The notes beneath the pieces were generated by a model. That model made no database searches, was not told the DNA's origin, and worked only from the letters and a program-made list of their open reading frames with translations. A stretch of 64,000 bases of DNA, from contig NC_068993.1 in assembly GCF_001194135.2 (NCBI RefSeq), forward strand, positions 35,869,148-35,933,147. Reading direction: 5' to 3'. Source of the stretch: Octopus bimaculoides (Eukaryota). Below, one piece after another: positions 1 to 13,820 of the stretch. Both the position numbers and the translations under genes were made by a program. Every line of letters starts with the position of its first letter. Position 1 is the first letter of the stretch.

Positions 1-33
<33 letters not shown>

Positions 34-34
34 G

Positions 35-540
35 TCCCCATTAACCTGATTGGTGATAGAGTTTGAGAAAAAGTCGCCAATAGAAGACCAGTTCTTTTGC
101 ACCAACAAACCACAATCAAGTCTCTTCCTAATGTTTTCTTGGTATTTTTCTATTGCTGATTCAAGGACACCAATGGCCGTACTTCTTTCAGATGTCTGCA
201 AGCCACAGAGTATACAAGTTAAATTTGTTTTTCTAGTTCCAGAATTTTCTCCAGAATGAATATTTTCTTGCAAAGTAATTGCGAATTTTTGTTGCCTCTT
301 ATGTTTCGTAGACTGCTATTTTATTTCGATTGCACTGCGCATGTCTTGTTGTAAATTATATTTCTTCCAGCCTTTCATTTGTGTTCTCCTTCTCTATTCA
401 TGTGTTCTTTTTTTGCCTATTTTATTCTTCAAATTTTCTCATGGAAAGTAAATCTATTCATTTATTTATATTTTATGTTTCGTTACCTGCATATTGGTTT
501 TCCGTGTATCTAACATCGTTTCTCACTGTTTGCCAAATCC
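35..540 (-). mobile_element. Degenerate non-LTR retrotransposon fragment, probably R4/Dong pre-RT region
   Basis: Manual minus-strand translation gives stop-riddled ...RKYSFWRKFWN...LWL..., resembling the FWxxIW motif upstream of R4-clade RT (compare FWSKIW at about 25600). Confidence 0.35.
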
Positions 541-1318
541 CTAATGACATTTTTAATTCTTTCTATACTTTTTTAGTACCGCCCCATCACTGTTCAACAT
601 TTGTGATAAAAAGACGTTTATTTTAAAAAGTAAAATGGCATTATTCTGTTGTTAATATTTTATTCTCTATAACATTAATCACGGTCAATGTCAGCACAGT
701 AGGTCTCCTATCAATGCAAGCTAAATATGCTCTGCCTTGCAGTCGTAGGATTAGAAAAGAATCAATATTATCCTGAAACATTATTTCACTGAGAATAAAT
801 AACAATTGTTTATATTCTTTGCCCTTTTCATTCATGATACACGAAGTATCATAGCCATAGCTACATGCGGAGTGTGTGTTGTCGCCTATAGTGCTATAGC
901 TGTTTTTAGAATGTCTCTTACATTTATTGAAATACCTTCGTTTACTATTATAGAAGCAGTGCTCTAAATTTTAGGAATAAACTTGCATTCGGCATTCTCC
1001 TTTTTACTTTCAAGGAACGTTGTCTATTGGCGAATATGTTCCGTCGTGAAATAATTTAACTCTATGTGAATGAGACCGTTCATTCTCTTTATGTAACTCG
1101 AAGGGGTTATTACCTTTGAATAGCAATTATTTCGTTCCAAGAGAAAAGTTGGTCTCAAAGTGATTAGTACAAGGCCTGGGGGATTAAGGCACAACAAGGA
1201 CAATGAGAGGAAGAATAACAAGTGTGTTGAGAATGTCTGAGCGGAAGTGATATGAGCCCAGCCAGATCTAAGGACCAGATGTCATTTTAGTAGCAGAAAT
1301 AAACAGAAGCAGAAATAA

Positions 1319-1555
1319 AAGGCCGCGAGCTGCCAGAAACGTTAGCATGCCGGGCGAAATGCTTAGCGGTATTTCGTCTGCTGCTACGTTCTCAGTTCAA
1401 ATTCCGCCGAGGTCGACTTTGCCTTTCATCCTTTCGGGGTCGATTAAATAAGTACCAGTTACGCACTGGGGTCGATATAATCGCGTTAATCCGTTTGTCT
1501 GTCCTTGTTTGTCCCCTCTGTGTGTAGCCCCTTGTGTGCAGTAAAGAAGTAAGAA
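1319..1555 (+). mobile_element. tRNA-derived SINE family A, tail variant 1
   Basis: Head GGC(G)GCGAGCTG.CAGAAACGTTAG, B-box-like GTTCAAATTCC, central GCCTTTCATCCTTTCGGGGTCGAT..TAAGTACCAG domain, tail ...CCCCTTGTG...AAAGAAGTAAGAA. Homologous copy at 11324-11560. Confidence 0.9.
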
Positions 1556-1961
1556 ATAAACAGAGAGCAAGGAAACAACACGCGATTTTCGTGGTCAACC
1601 TTTTATAAAAAGCAGGTCACGGGCCATACTAAAAAACAATTCAAAGTAATTTTTTGTTAGGCATACCATTCACAAAGTCCCATAGCTAATAGTTTGCCCA
1701 TAGATGGGCTGGAGTTTAGCTATGAGTGACTTTCTAGACTATATAAATTTCTGGGTGTCTGTATGTGCAACAGCAGCGCCATCTCAGATATAAAAATGAC
1801 AGTCCATTGTGGGCCTTGCCTGAGCTTTGTTAAGAGTGTCTAAAGCTGTCGGACTGAAATTTCACAATGAGATATTTGGTCAACTGAGGTTATGAGCAAA
1901 ATAGAAATCTATGAATTCAGTTTTAACACCATCTCAAACAATATGAGTAGAGTGAGGATCC

Positions 1962-2172
1962 TTAGCCCTTTGCATTCAGATTACTCAGTCAAATGTAATA
2001 CTTATTTATTCATATTGTTTTGAATTAATCTCACATTACCCTATAGCTGTGATATTTCAATGATGTAACTATTTATTTTAAGAATGACAATGTAGAGTTG
2101 TTGTGAGAGGCCAGTTTGAACATAAAACAACAGAATATTTGGGCCAGATATAGCCAGTTTAAATGCTAAGGA
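1962..2172. mobile_element. Putative MITE with short degenerate TIRs, possibly piggyBac-like
   Basis: CCCTTTGCATT at the left versus reverse complement TCCTTAGCATT at the right (9/11 match). The left end TTAG-CCC resembles TTAA-CCC. Family identity is recalled, not searched. Confidence 0.4.
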
Positions 2173-4840
2173 TTTTGGAAGAGATGCATCATATTGATGT
2201 TTGGTATCTGCCAGGTGTCTGTCAGGTATGACAGCATCATATTTTGCGATAAGTTTACATAGGAATGCAATGCGAACACAGATGTATTTCAGTATAACCA
2301 AATTCTTGTAATTTTTTCTGTTGTGTACATAATTTTTATTAGGAATAATATTAGTTTATAGTATCATTGTGTGGTGTAACTTACTTTACATAATTTTATG
2401 TATTTACAAATTCAATTTATTTTACAACGAAAGCTATTAAGATTATGGTTACTTTTCTATATTGTCCTTGAATTCTTCGCAATTGTTGTTCGTTTTGACG
2501 TCTGTAGCCTTATTTGATTGTAACAAGATATTGTCATGGTGAATTTAAATATGAAATGAATATGTCAACAAATTTGAACAAAATGTTCCTTCACTGAGTG
2601 AGATTGGAAGAATTACCATTTATTGAATTACTGAGTTGATTAACTGTGAGATAACTACGGGAGATGACAAACATCGAACCCTGTATGTATCTTCCTTGCG
2701 CCCAGACATGCGTCTATACATGCCAATATCTATATGTGCATGTATCAATGAACGTTTATATTTTGAGCACACGTATGTATGAGTGCGACAGGCTATGTTT
2801 TTAGTTATTGTTCTTTAGCTTATCAGACCTGCTCGAGAAGAGATGAGATAAAAAGTCTTCCTCCCAAGACCATCGCAATTGTTGTTCTGATATGTTGTAT
2901 CTAGAGTTATATTATCAAGTGTTTCTTCTTCTATGGCATTAGGCTCCGATTCGATGCAGATTAGCTATTTTTCCTAGCATAACGAATGAATGTGTCTATC
3001 ATGAAGTAGTTCCTACTTTCTTTAGTCTGCTAGTGTTTGCGTTTGTGTTTGTGTGTGTATATATGCATGCGCATGCATGAGTGGGTGTATGTGTATACGT
3101 GTGTATGGATGCGTGTTTTAGTTTTTCATTTTTCTGAAATTTGAATTTCTGTTCATAATGTTTTTCTTTTCGTTCCCGTCATGCAGTTCGTTATGTCTCT
3201 CGCCCACACTGTTAACATTAATTCTAAACCATTGTCTGTAACACTTACATAATAGAATAGAGTAACTAAAACTACATTATATCTGAAAACTAGTAAATTG
3301 CTACTTTGAAGGCTTGTTTCAGTAACATTACGATATATAATGATTATAGAAAAGAAATCATAGACTCGCTGTAATAGATGTGAACGAGTCAAAGTTTAAA
3401 AGCGTAAATGATAAAATATATGGAACATTCCGAATATTCAGTTGAAAATACAAATTATAAAAATCGAAAACCATTTTAGTACATGATGAGATTTAATGGA
3501 TAAATCTCATATCTAAGTGCACGGATGGATGAATGATGGTTGAGGTAATACTTAAATGCAGTGATAGATGCTTTAATAGCCTGAAATTCGAAACTCTACT
3601 CTCCTGATTTCCATGGTGTTTTAACTTTGCTTTTTGTCTCCCCCATAGTCAATAAAATAAATGTCGGGTGTTGATGTATTTTAGCCCCAAGTCAACCTCA
3701 AAAGAACGAGATCTAGATATATGATGAAAAATAAGTCAGCCAAGGCCTTAAGTGTTTTGTTTATCTAGATCAATTATTTCCAAAGTGTGTGGTATTACCC
3801 CTCCTGGCGGGGTAGAAAGATCGGGGACGATAACGGTGTGACCAAAAGAAGACAATGGATGTAAAAACAACAAAATAAGGAGATAATTACGTTAAGTTTT
3901 ATTTGTGAAATAAATAGCTGTTTTGAATTTGCTTCAGAAACTGGTCTATATTTGTGATGATGAATTCGGGACGCTAGGAATGCGACCTGGAAGCCAAGTT
4001 GGTGGCCACCTGAAAAAGTCTAGAAAGCACTAATTTAGATTCAATGTACTTTACATTTTAAAAAGAAATGATATTGCGTGATTTAATGATCTGGGAGCTA
4101 CATCTAGTAGATCAAATAACTGGTAAAAGCTCTTGTTTATATATTTATACCAATAATGAATTTTTTATTAACACAATATAATAAACCCCTCAGTTGCGAA
4201 GATTGGCTTTTAGCCTAGCAAAATCAATCAAAATGTAAAGGCAATTGATTGGTTGAAGGTATTAACCTTGTTATGTTTTTTAAGATAAGAATAACACATT
4301 GTCACTGTGAAAATAATATCTCTTCGATGAGACCAAAAGTAGACCTTTTATATACTTGGCTATGCTAAAGAATCGATTTGTCAACTCACTGGTTCCAAAT
4401 AATATATAACAGTAAGGCTAACACTCACAGTTTTGGTAAATGAAATAGAAAAATGTATTTAACCAGCTTAAACATATTTTGAAGTACAGGAAACCATTCA
4501 ATACACATTATTATTCTGTTGTAGTTCCTCGATACTGCCGACCAAGACATAACCTTAGTGAAAGGTATACTTTGGTCAACCGTTTCTAGCTTATTAACGT
4601 TCATTGGCGATCACATTCAAAAACCTAATACATTAATGCCATTATGATGTTCATATTCGATTCATTTTAATTCATATGGTGTATATACATATATATATGT
4701 GTGTGTGTGAGTGTGTGTGTGTGTATGTGTGTGCGTATGTATGTATATGCATGTTTTTATGTATATATATGTATGTATTCATGTATGTATGCATATATAT
4801 ATATATATACATACATACATATAACACACACACGCATACA

Positions 4841-4877
<37 letters not shown>

Positions 4878-6757
4878 NNNNNNNNNNNNNNNNNNNNNNN
4901 NNNNNNNNNNNNNNNNNNNNNNNNNNNNNNNNNNNNNNNNNNNNNNNNNNNNNNNNNNNNNNNNNNNNNTATATACATGCATACATATACAATAAGTCTT
5001 TAAACATTTCCGTTTACCAAATTCCACTGACGAAAGTTCAATCCGAGGCTGTATTCAACTTATATACGATAAAAACACACTTTCTCGAGACCCTCGCGGA
5101 TTTGAATCGGTCTCAGAAATAGAAGGTTACGATGCAAAATTCTTAAATCTAAATCAAATCAATCTTTCACCCATAAATGCAAGCCCTACTCTATCTAATG
5201 TGTATGTAAACATATTTATATTAATTGATTACTGCATACTTCACGTCTCATTTAATGTAATTTATAAAATGGACTAAACTGATGGTCAATCGATAACTTG
5301 CAGAACGTTTAATATGAAACCCTACGGATGAATGCAGTTCAAGGGTGAACGAGCTGTAGCTCATTTAAGATCGTTATGATAACTTTATATGTTTGAATAT
5401 TCATCTTTATTAGCTAAGCTCTCACTTGTCGTTGAATCTTTCCTTACTATCAGTAACACATCTTTATACACACACATGTTCACCTACGGTCATTACTAGC
5501 TAGATTTAACCTGCAAATCACGCCATTTTACGATTCGGTGACGATCCAGTGTAGGGTTACTCAACCTGGTAGAAATAACAGCTAAATGTCGCTTAAATCA
5601 AACGCTAGAGTCCTAAGAATGGAAGTTACAATTTATGAGGAGACAAGTATCAGTTGAAAGGACAATATGGTATTTATGTGTGTTTGTGTGTTTGTGTGTA
5701 TGTGTGTGTGTGTGTGCGTGTGTGTGTGTACGTGTAAGTCTGTGTTTATGATTACACCAATCAGAATCTGGTGTTGTTATTTATGTTCTGCCGCTTTAAC
5801 TGCTATAACTTAGCTTTTCGAGAAATAGAGAATGGCCAAATAAGTGTCAGGCTAAAGTGTTGGAATCAATGTGATTTACTAAAATCTTTGATAGTGGTGC
5901 CTCAGTATGGCCAGTAACTAATATCTAAAACCCGTTTATAGAATAAAATGAACATATGATATCTCGATATCTCGAAATTCAGAGTTTGACTTTCTTGATC
6001 AACATTAAATTCAGCCTTCTAGAAACCGACTAATCGCTAAGTGATAGTTAAATATCGCCACTAATTTATAGATGCTTAATTAATATCTGTCTTTATGCTT
6101 CATTTAGTTAATAGCCATGGAGAAAAACTCATGAAACACCAATTGATTCAAAAACTACAAATAAATTTGTAATATTAAATAAAAAGCAATTTATTAATGA
6201 CTTCGAATAAAGCCATTCCTGCATACGAGATGTTATATTTAGATATATGGAGATTTTCCTTAATATTTCTTAATTTATGTAGAATCCACATTTAAATGAA
6301 AGGAATGATTGAGTTATCTTATCGGGAAAAATCGAAGATCAATATTAGAAGAGAAATTAGTTTATTATTCCATTACTAATAACTATTAAATTAAGTTTAT
6401 GTATAGGGTGATGGAGATTTGTCATGGAATGTTTAGATATATAACAATAATGGTTTCAAAAATTCGACCTTACATCAAGCTCTCCATCTTCATGTTAAAA
6501 CAACGTGACCTCCAGTTTTTCAACTGGAAATTTTTCCGTTGCCTTATCTTCATATTATGATTCGACTCAATACATTTTTGAGGCAAGTTGTTTTTGCTGC
6601 TGCTGATGATGCAAATACTGTTGTTGTTTACCTCTAAGTCTGCCCTGTCCGAGAAGACTTTGAGACTTGGGGTGCCTTGAGTCCCTTGATGTCTCTAATT
6701 GAGACTTGGGTGCAATTCGTGCAAATTAAAGTAAAATCAAGACAAATAATAATAATG

Positions 6758-6945
6758 CTTTCTGATATAGGCACAAAGCTTGAAATTTGAGAAGGGATTA
6801 CTCGATCATATCCAACCTAGAACTTGATTATTACTGTATCCTATCGACTCCAAAAGGAGAAAAGGCAAAGTTGGACGTGATGGAATTTGAACTCAAAACG
6901 TAAAGACCGGGAAGAAACGTTAACAATTCTGGCAGTTGGCTGCTT
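6758..6945 (-). mobile_element. SINE family A, degenerate, tail variant 2
   Basis: Reverse complement of the family A head, central domain and ...GTGCCTATA..AGAAAG tail. Confidence 0.75.
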
Positions 6946-6981
6946 TAACAAGAACAACATTAACAATAATAGTAATGATAA

Positions 6982-7195
6982 TTCTTTCTACTATAGGCAC
7001 AAGGCCTGTAATTTGGGGGTGGGGAAAATAGTCGATTACATCGACCCCAGTATTCAACTGGTACTTATTTCATCGACGCCGAAAGGATGAAAGGCAAAGT
7101 CGACTTTGGCACAATTTAAAATCAGAGCGTAAATACAAACGAAATGATGCCAGCCATTTTGTCCAGCGTGCTAAGGATTCTGCCTGCTCGGTGCC

Positions 7196-7196
<1 letters not shown>
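6982..7196 (-). mobile_element. SINE family A, tail variant 2
   Basis: Full head, GTACTTATTTCATCGAC..CGAAAGGATGAAAGGC central domain and AGGCCTTGTGCCTATAGTAGAAAGAA tail on the minus strand. Confidence 0.9.
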
Positions 7197-7277
<81 letters not shown>

Positions 7278-7280
<3 letters not shown>

Positions 7281-7880
7281 GCCAATGTACGCTACTAACC
7301 CAGAAGCAATATAAGAGACGACACGACAATATAGCCAGGCTAGTCCATTGGACACTTTGCAATAAGTATGGACTTGACAGAGTAAAAAATTGGTACGACC
7401 AAAACCTGAAGGCATCGTCGAAAATGTAAATGCAAAGATTCTATGGGACTTTATGATTCAGTGCGACCATGAGATAGAGAATAGGAAGCTGGACATAGTC
7501 TTAATTGAGAAAGAAAACAAACTATGCTGGATCATAGATATAGCATGCCCAGCTGACAACAGGGTATGCGATAAGGAAGAAAGAGAAGTCGTGAGATATG
7601 ACAGGTTAGCTTGGGAAGTTAAGCAGTTGTGGTCGATGAAAAAGGTAGCAGTAGTACTTATAATTGTCGGAGCCCTGGGAACAGTGAGCAAAAACCTCGA
7701 GAAGTACGTGGAACAAATAGGGGCTGCAATAAGGGTGGAGCAGTTGCAGAAAACAGCACTGCTAGGAACCGCTCGAATATTCCGGAAGGTGCTTGAAAAT
7801 TAAGAGGTGTTACCTTAGTTCACTGGTAGTGAACAGGTGACACTGTAATACAGCTCCAGCGTTAGAAGCAGTGCAAAGGC
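7278..7880 (+). mobile_element. 5'-truncated R4/Dong-clade non-LTR retrotransposon (RLE domain and 3' UTR)
   Basis: Translates SQCTLLTQKQYKRRHDNIARLVHW...[frameshift]KPEGIVENVNAKILWDF...NRKLDIVLIEKENKLCWIIDIACP...IIVGALGTV...LQKTALLGTARIFRKVLEN*, the PD..D-type RLE C-terminus. (TAA)n on both sides (7197-7277, 7881-7941). Confidence 0.93.
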
Positions 7881-7941
<61 letters not shown>

Positions 7942-8974
7942 GTCAAAACGAAGAGCGCGATTTTAGATGTTTTATTTTTTGAACAACATTTCGACAGAAC
8001 GTCTGTTTTTCTCAAGTTCAAACCAAAAGGTGATTGAAAATTCAAAATTTCAGAAACCAAACGTAAACTATGAACGTGAGTAATCAGCGTCCATACGTTG
8101 ATAGAATGACATCATCAGCTTTTGTCAGTTTTTTAATAAGCAGAAAGAAAGAAAGAAAAAGGAAGACGACAGAAAAAGAAAAGATAAAGAGAGAAAGAAT
8201 ATTATTCAATCAAACAGTTTTGTATAAATTTGATGATATTCTCCTGTCATCTTATTCATTCCTCCAGGGCGTGATGTCAATAACACGCAAACATATTTCT
8301 CCTCATACATTCTGAGAAGTGAAAGTGGGGTGTATTACTTGGAACTTACTTCTAAGTCGCCAGGCAGTACAAAGCCACGATAGACACAATATCTTCAATC
8401 CATAACATCACGATATTTGGTACTGTACGATGTCTTCAAAAATGAAAATACAAATAATAATAATAACAACTGTCGGGGCTCGTGGAAATTCTGCGATGCA
8501 AGGCATCCTATTTGAGTATTTACTTTCCCTTCAGCCAATTTATGTATCTGTTTACTTTCATAATAACGAGAAGCATTTAACCCTAATAAAAAAAAGTGAA
8601 TAATGGCAGGGTCCCAGCATGGCCACTGTCTTTAGTCTAGAACAGCTTTTTCCTAACTAAGGTTATTTCACTTAAATTTAACTGTCAATATCTCTTGTAT
8701 AGATATACAGATCTATAGATCTTCATGGCATTGTTTCATTATGTTAAATATCTTGATTGTGCCTGCGAGTTGGACACACAAATGCAGAATAATATAGACA
8801 TTCTCCTTCTCCCCCACCTTCTGTCTCTTTCTCTCTCCCTCTCTCAGGTTTTTATTTTTGTATTTTTTCCCTGATTTCTCTATTTCCCCTTTTCCCCCTT
8901 GCCTATATATACCTTTCTCAATTCGAGTTATTATCTCCCTTGCAATACCATACTAACAAAAGTGACAGACAACA

Positions 8975-9005
8975 AAACAGAAACAACAACAACAACAACA
9001 ACAGC

Positions 9006-9064
<59 letters not shown>

Positions 9065-9107
9065 CAACAACAACAACAATAACAACAACAACAACAACAA
9101 CAACAAC

Positions 9108-9144
<37 letters not shown>

Positions 9145-9155
9145 TTAATAATAAT
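8975..9155. repeat. Compound (ACA)n/(ATA)n microsatellite
   Basis: Alternating ACA and ATA triplet blocks read directly. A similar tract lies at 10127-10275. Confidence 0.95.
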
Positions 9156-9472
9156 CTAGGATAATAAAACAGTACCTGTTGCCATAGGTGCCCTTGGAAT
9201 GATAGCAAAAGGGGCTGATTGCTACCTAACTCAGATACCAGGTATAATTAAAAAAATATTCAGACAAATACATAACAAAAACACCAGGACTTACAAATAT
9301 ATATAACATATAGAAAATTGCACTACTGGGCACTGCACACATCCTACGCAAAACATTTTCAATACAGTAACTATAAAAGCATCACAGCAAACCACAGCAC
9401 ATACCCAAGGCACACAGAGCTGTGCTCGGTAGTGAAGTGAAAGCACGCTATAAAAATTAAAAACTACTGAAC
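9156..9472 (+). mobile_element. R4/Dong-clade 3' end, apparently chimeric
   Basis: KTVPVAIGALGMIAKGADCYLTQIPG joined to ..DKYITKTPGLTNIYNI*KIALLGTAHILRKTFSIQ*, then a 3' UTR ending in (TAA)n at 9473-9527. Confidence 0.88.
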
Positions 9473-9527
<55 letters not shown>

Positions 9528-9531
<4 letters not shown>

Positions 9532-9922
9532 CGCCTTCTAATCGATGCATCAATACCAACAGATGACTGTTTCTCTAAAAGAAATGGAGAAACTATCAAA
9601 ATGCAAAGATCTGCAAATAGAGATAACTCGAATGTGAAGCCTAAAAACAGAAACAATCACTATAATAATAGGTGCATTAGGTATGATTAAAAACATATAG
9701 ACAAGCACATAACCAAAACACCAGGACTTAAAACTATATATAGCATACAGAAAATAGTAGTACAAGGCACTTCACACATCGTACGTAAATCATTTTCAAT
9801 ACAGCAACGCTAAAACAACTCTAAAATAATAACTCTAAAAGAAACCACAGCACATACCCAAGGCACACGGAGCTGCGCCCGGTATTGCAGTAAAAGCACG
9901 TGGTAAAAATAAGACTACTCAA
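9528..9922 (+). mobile_element. R4/Dong-clade 3' end (RLE and 3' UTR)
   Basis: LLIDASIPTDD..SLKEMEKLSKCKDLQIEITRM*SLKTETITIIIGALGMIK...GTSHIVRKSF. The 3' UTR (AAACCACAGCACATACCCAAGGCACAC.GAGCTG) matches the 9156-9472 copy. Confidence 0.88.
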
Positions 9923-9929
9923 CAATAAC

Positions 9930-10116
9930 TCTTTCTACAACAGGCACAAGACCTGATATATCGACTCCAGTGCTCGACTGGTACTTATTTTATCGACCCC
10001 GAAAAGATGAGAGGCAGAGTCGATCCCTGCGGAATTTGAACTCAGAACGTAAAGATAGACGAAATGCCGCTAACCATTTTGCCCGACGTGCAATCGATTC
10101 TGCCACCTCGCGGTCC
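9930..10116 (-). mobile_element. SINE family A, tail variant 2
   Basis: Central domain GGTACTTATTTTATCGACCCCGAAAAGATGAGAGGC plus head, on the minus strand. Confidence 0.85.
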
Positions 10117-10130
10117 TAATAGCAGCAATT

Positions 10131-10248
<118 letters not shown>

Positions 10249-11323
10249 CAACAACAACAAAAATAACAACAATAAATGTAATTTATGGAAAATGCAAATA
10301 ATGTTATGTAAATTATGCTGATTGGTGTGCCTATATGTGATGATATATTCATTCATGTGTATGCATCTGCTTTCGAATTGCTAATGTACTTTTTACAGTG
10401 CAATTATGTTAATGTTCTAACATCTGTATCTTAATTTAGAATAGAAAGTTTCAAATATTTATTAAAAGTTATCTCTGCTGAATTGGCAAGATAATTTCAT
10501 TTTGATTAGAAGCAAAAAATCTTGCACGTCGATCTATAGAAAGACAAAAGATGAAAGAAGTGGCATTTATTTTTAAAATTATTAAGTAGAATTGAAGGGA
10601 CGAAAGGAAGAATTAGATCAAAAGAAGAAGAAAAAACATCGTTTCTGTTAGACGCTGATGTGAATCTATTGACTTTGATATTTCCAATGAATACTGACCT
10701 GGTTTTTCAGAAAGATATAAGTGATTGGTTTGTGGAAAACATAAAATGCTTCAATACTAACTTGATTTGAATTTTAAAACAAAAATTAATAATTATTCAT
10801 TTAATTCAAGAATAGAGCAAACTAAAATCAAACGAAAACTATTAAATAGCGAAAACAGTTTTGGTTTCTATGTGAATATATTTTTCATCAAGCGACTGGA
10901 CCTTTTGATCGGACGGGAAGCGGTTCTTTGAACACCGTTATGGCTCAAAGTTGCTAGTCATGAGAGGTTGAGCTTATATAACTCCTCGTTGGGTCATTAA
11001 TTAAAAACGGTGCGTGATAAGAAGCGTTTCCGTCATCATCAGCGTAGAAGAAACGTCAGTCACTCCTCCCTCAAATAACTCCTTACCATGCTTTTATTCT
11101 TTCACTTGTTTCATTTACTCGATTGTGACTGTACTGGAGCACCGCCATGAAAACGAAAAAAATCGACCCTACAACATGTTTAACTTATTATCTAAGTTTC
11201 TGTTTAATGGAAAGCCTTATTTACGACGACGTAAACTAACAACACTTGTTGTCAAGCAGTTGAAAGACAGATACAAAAGCAACGCGTACACACACATATG
11301 CATATAACATGCTTCTTCACAGT

Positions 11324-11560
11324 TTCTTATTTCTTTATTGCTCACAAGGGGCTAAACATAGAGGGTACAAACAAGGACAGACAAAGGGGTTAAGTCGATT
11401 ATATCGACCCCAGTGCGTAACTGGTACTTAATTTATCGACCCCGAAAGGATGAAAGGCAAAGTCGACTTCGGCGGAATTTGAACTCAGAATATAACGGCA
11501 GACGAAATACTGCTAAGCATTTCGCCCGGCGTGCTATCGTTTCTGCCAGCTCGCCGCCTT
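11324..11560 (-). mobile_element. SINE family A, tail variant 1
   Basis: Near-complete reverse complement of 1319-1555, starting AAGGCGGCGAGCTGGCAGAAAC. Confidence 0.92.
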
Positions 11561-11889
11561 CTTTCAGTTTCTGCCTACCAAATTCACTCATAAGGTATTG
11601 GTCGCGTCCGAACTATAATAGAAGTCACTTTATCAGAGCAAACCTGGAATTTCCCAATCAGTAGTGCAAAGNNNNNNNNNNNNNNNNNNNNNNNNNNNNN
11701 NNNNNNNNNNNNNNNNNNNNNNNNNNNNNNNNNNNNNNNNNNNNNNNNNNNNNNNNNNNNNNNNNNNNNNNNNNNNNNNNNNNNNNNNNNNNNNNNNNNN
11801 NNNNNNNNNNNNNNNNTATATATATATATATATATATATATCAAATCTTGAAACTGAGATTCCTTAGAAGTCAACGATGATCAGCGAGA

Positions 11890-12345
11890 CAGTCATGTAT
11901 AAATTAATTTTTTTTAACGTAATATACCAATCCATTGAACCTACGTTTACTCAGACCAATAACAAAAGCACGAGCTAACAAGGTAACCCTCAAATCAGAA
12001 CTTACCAACTTCAGACATAAGGAAATATCGAATATAATGAGATTGAATATTCTGTATAGATAGAAAGACAGAGTGGTAGTGGCCAGAACAGCTTTGGTTT
12101 GAGATTCAGTCGGGTAGAGAAACACCGAGGATATGACGAAGATACCGCATTTGGAACACCTCAAGCTTATTCAGGTCTTGTTTGAAGATGGCCCAGGTCA
12201 CAGTGCTGTCGAGTAGGACGAACAGAACTAGCAGCTGGAAAAGACGGATCTTGTCCTTAAGATGTTGGGTTCGTTCTCGACACACCATCGAAGGAATGCG
12301 ACCGCAGAAGTCGCAGACCCGATTCAGCAGTTTATCTCTGCTGTT
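11890..12345 (-). mobile_element. RTE-clade LINE fragment (post-RT region)
   Basis: KDKIRLFQLLVLFVLLDSTVTWAIFKQDLNKLEVFQMRYLRHILGVSLPD matches the RTE pattern K.R..(L)VLSVLLYG.ETW....KLE.F.MR.LR.ILG. Confidence 0.8.
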
Positions 12346-13243
12346 GACAAATATTTGGGTTTTTTTTTATTAGAAGCGTCAAAATACAAATAAGAAAATG
12401 ATTTTTTTGAACGCAGAGTTGCCGTTAGAACCGCAGAAATACTGAGTAAATTATTCTTACAAGATGGAAAAGTTGTCAACAACCAGCCATGATTGTTTAC
12501 ATTTATACACACATGGTTGTTGTTTAAAGCTAAGGTATTTAGCGTCTAATCCGACGTTGGAATGTGTCAGCGAGTAGTTTAACTTAAAGGTAAAGCACTC
12601 AGTCGGAGTCTATGAGGGNNNNNNNNNNNNNNNNNNNNNNNNNNNNNNNNNNNNNNNNNNNNNNNNNNNNNNNNNNNNNNNNNNNNNNNNNNNNNNNNNN
12701 NNNNNNNNNNNNNNNNNNNNNNNNNNNNNNNNNNNNNNNNNNNNNNNNNNNNNNNNNNNNNNNNNNNNNNNNNNNNNNNNNNNNNNNNNNNNNNNNNNNN
12801 NNNNNNNNNNNNNNNNNNNNNNNNNNNNNNNNNNNNNNNNNNNNNNNNNNNNNNNNNNNNNNNNNNNNNNNNNNNNNNNNNNNNNNNNNNNNNNNNNNNN
12901 NNNNNNNNNNNNNNNNNNNNNNNNNNNNNNNNNNNNNNNNNNNNNNNNNNNNNNNNNNNNNNNNNNNNNNNNNNNNNNNNNNNNNNNNNNNNNNNNNNNN
13001 NNNNNNNNNNNNNNNNNNNNNNNNNNNNNNNNNNNNNNNNNNNNNNNNNNNNNNNNNNNNNNNNNNNNNNNNNNNNNNNNNNNNNNNNNNNNNNNNNNNN
13101 NNNNNNNNNNNNNNNNNNNNNNNNNNNNNNNNNNNNNNNNNNNNNNNNNNNNNNNNNNNNNNNNNNNNNNNNNNNNNNNNNNNNNNNNNNNNNNNNNNNN
13201 NNNNNNNNNNNNNNNNNNNNNNNNNNNNNNNNNNNNNNNNNNN

Positions 13244-13563
13244 GTGAGTGTTTATTGAGCGAAAACACCAAAAGCTCCACGAGGCTCCGGCAGGGGATGG
13301 TGGCAAAACCTGCTGTACTCTTTCACCACAGCTTTCTCTCACTCTTACTTCCTGTTTCTGTTGTGCCTGTAATTCAAAGGGTCAGCCTTTTCACACTGTG
13401 TCATGCTGAATATCTCCGAGAACTACGTTAAGGGTACACGTGTCTGTGGAATGCTCAGCCAGTTGCACGTTAATTTCACGGGGAGGCTGTTCCGTTGGTC
13501 GAAAAAAAAAGATCAACTGGAACCCTCGACGTCGTAAGCGACGGAATTCCAATAACAACAACA
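13244..13563 (+). mobile_element. SINE family D, 5' part lost in gap, (CAA)n tail
   Basis: Aligns over about 320 bp with the reverse complement of 40112-40491, for example AAGGGTACACGTGTCTGTGGA.TGCTCAGCCA.TTGCACG.TAATTTCACG. Confidence 0.88.
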
Positions 13564-13774
13564 ATGGTTAAATCAACATTATCAGATGATTAATTGAAAA
13601 GTATCTATACACACAAGAAAAATATAGAACTATATACATGATCTTAACTTGTGTGACTCAAATAGGGCGATATTGTCAAGACGTAATCTGCTCTTTGTCT
13701 CTTACTTCTCTCTCTCTTATTCTCCACCTGTTTCTCTCTCTCTGTCAATCCATCATTCTCTCCCTTTTTCTCAA

Positions 13775-13820
<46 letters not shown>

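Noticed and set aside
640-1250. Possible APE endonuclease remnant on the minus strand (NEKG...LLF)
   Set aside because: Only one weak motif is present, which is not enough to call.
5020-5060. CTGACGA, a possible hammerhead core
   Set aside because: It lies in a degenerate family B SINE fragment, with no stem II/GAAA or stem I/III partners.
8709-8722. Short palindromes (AGATCTATAGATCT; also 53206-53222)
   Set aside because: Palindromes this short are expected occasionally in 64 kb of AT-rich DNA and have no supporting context.
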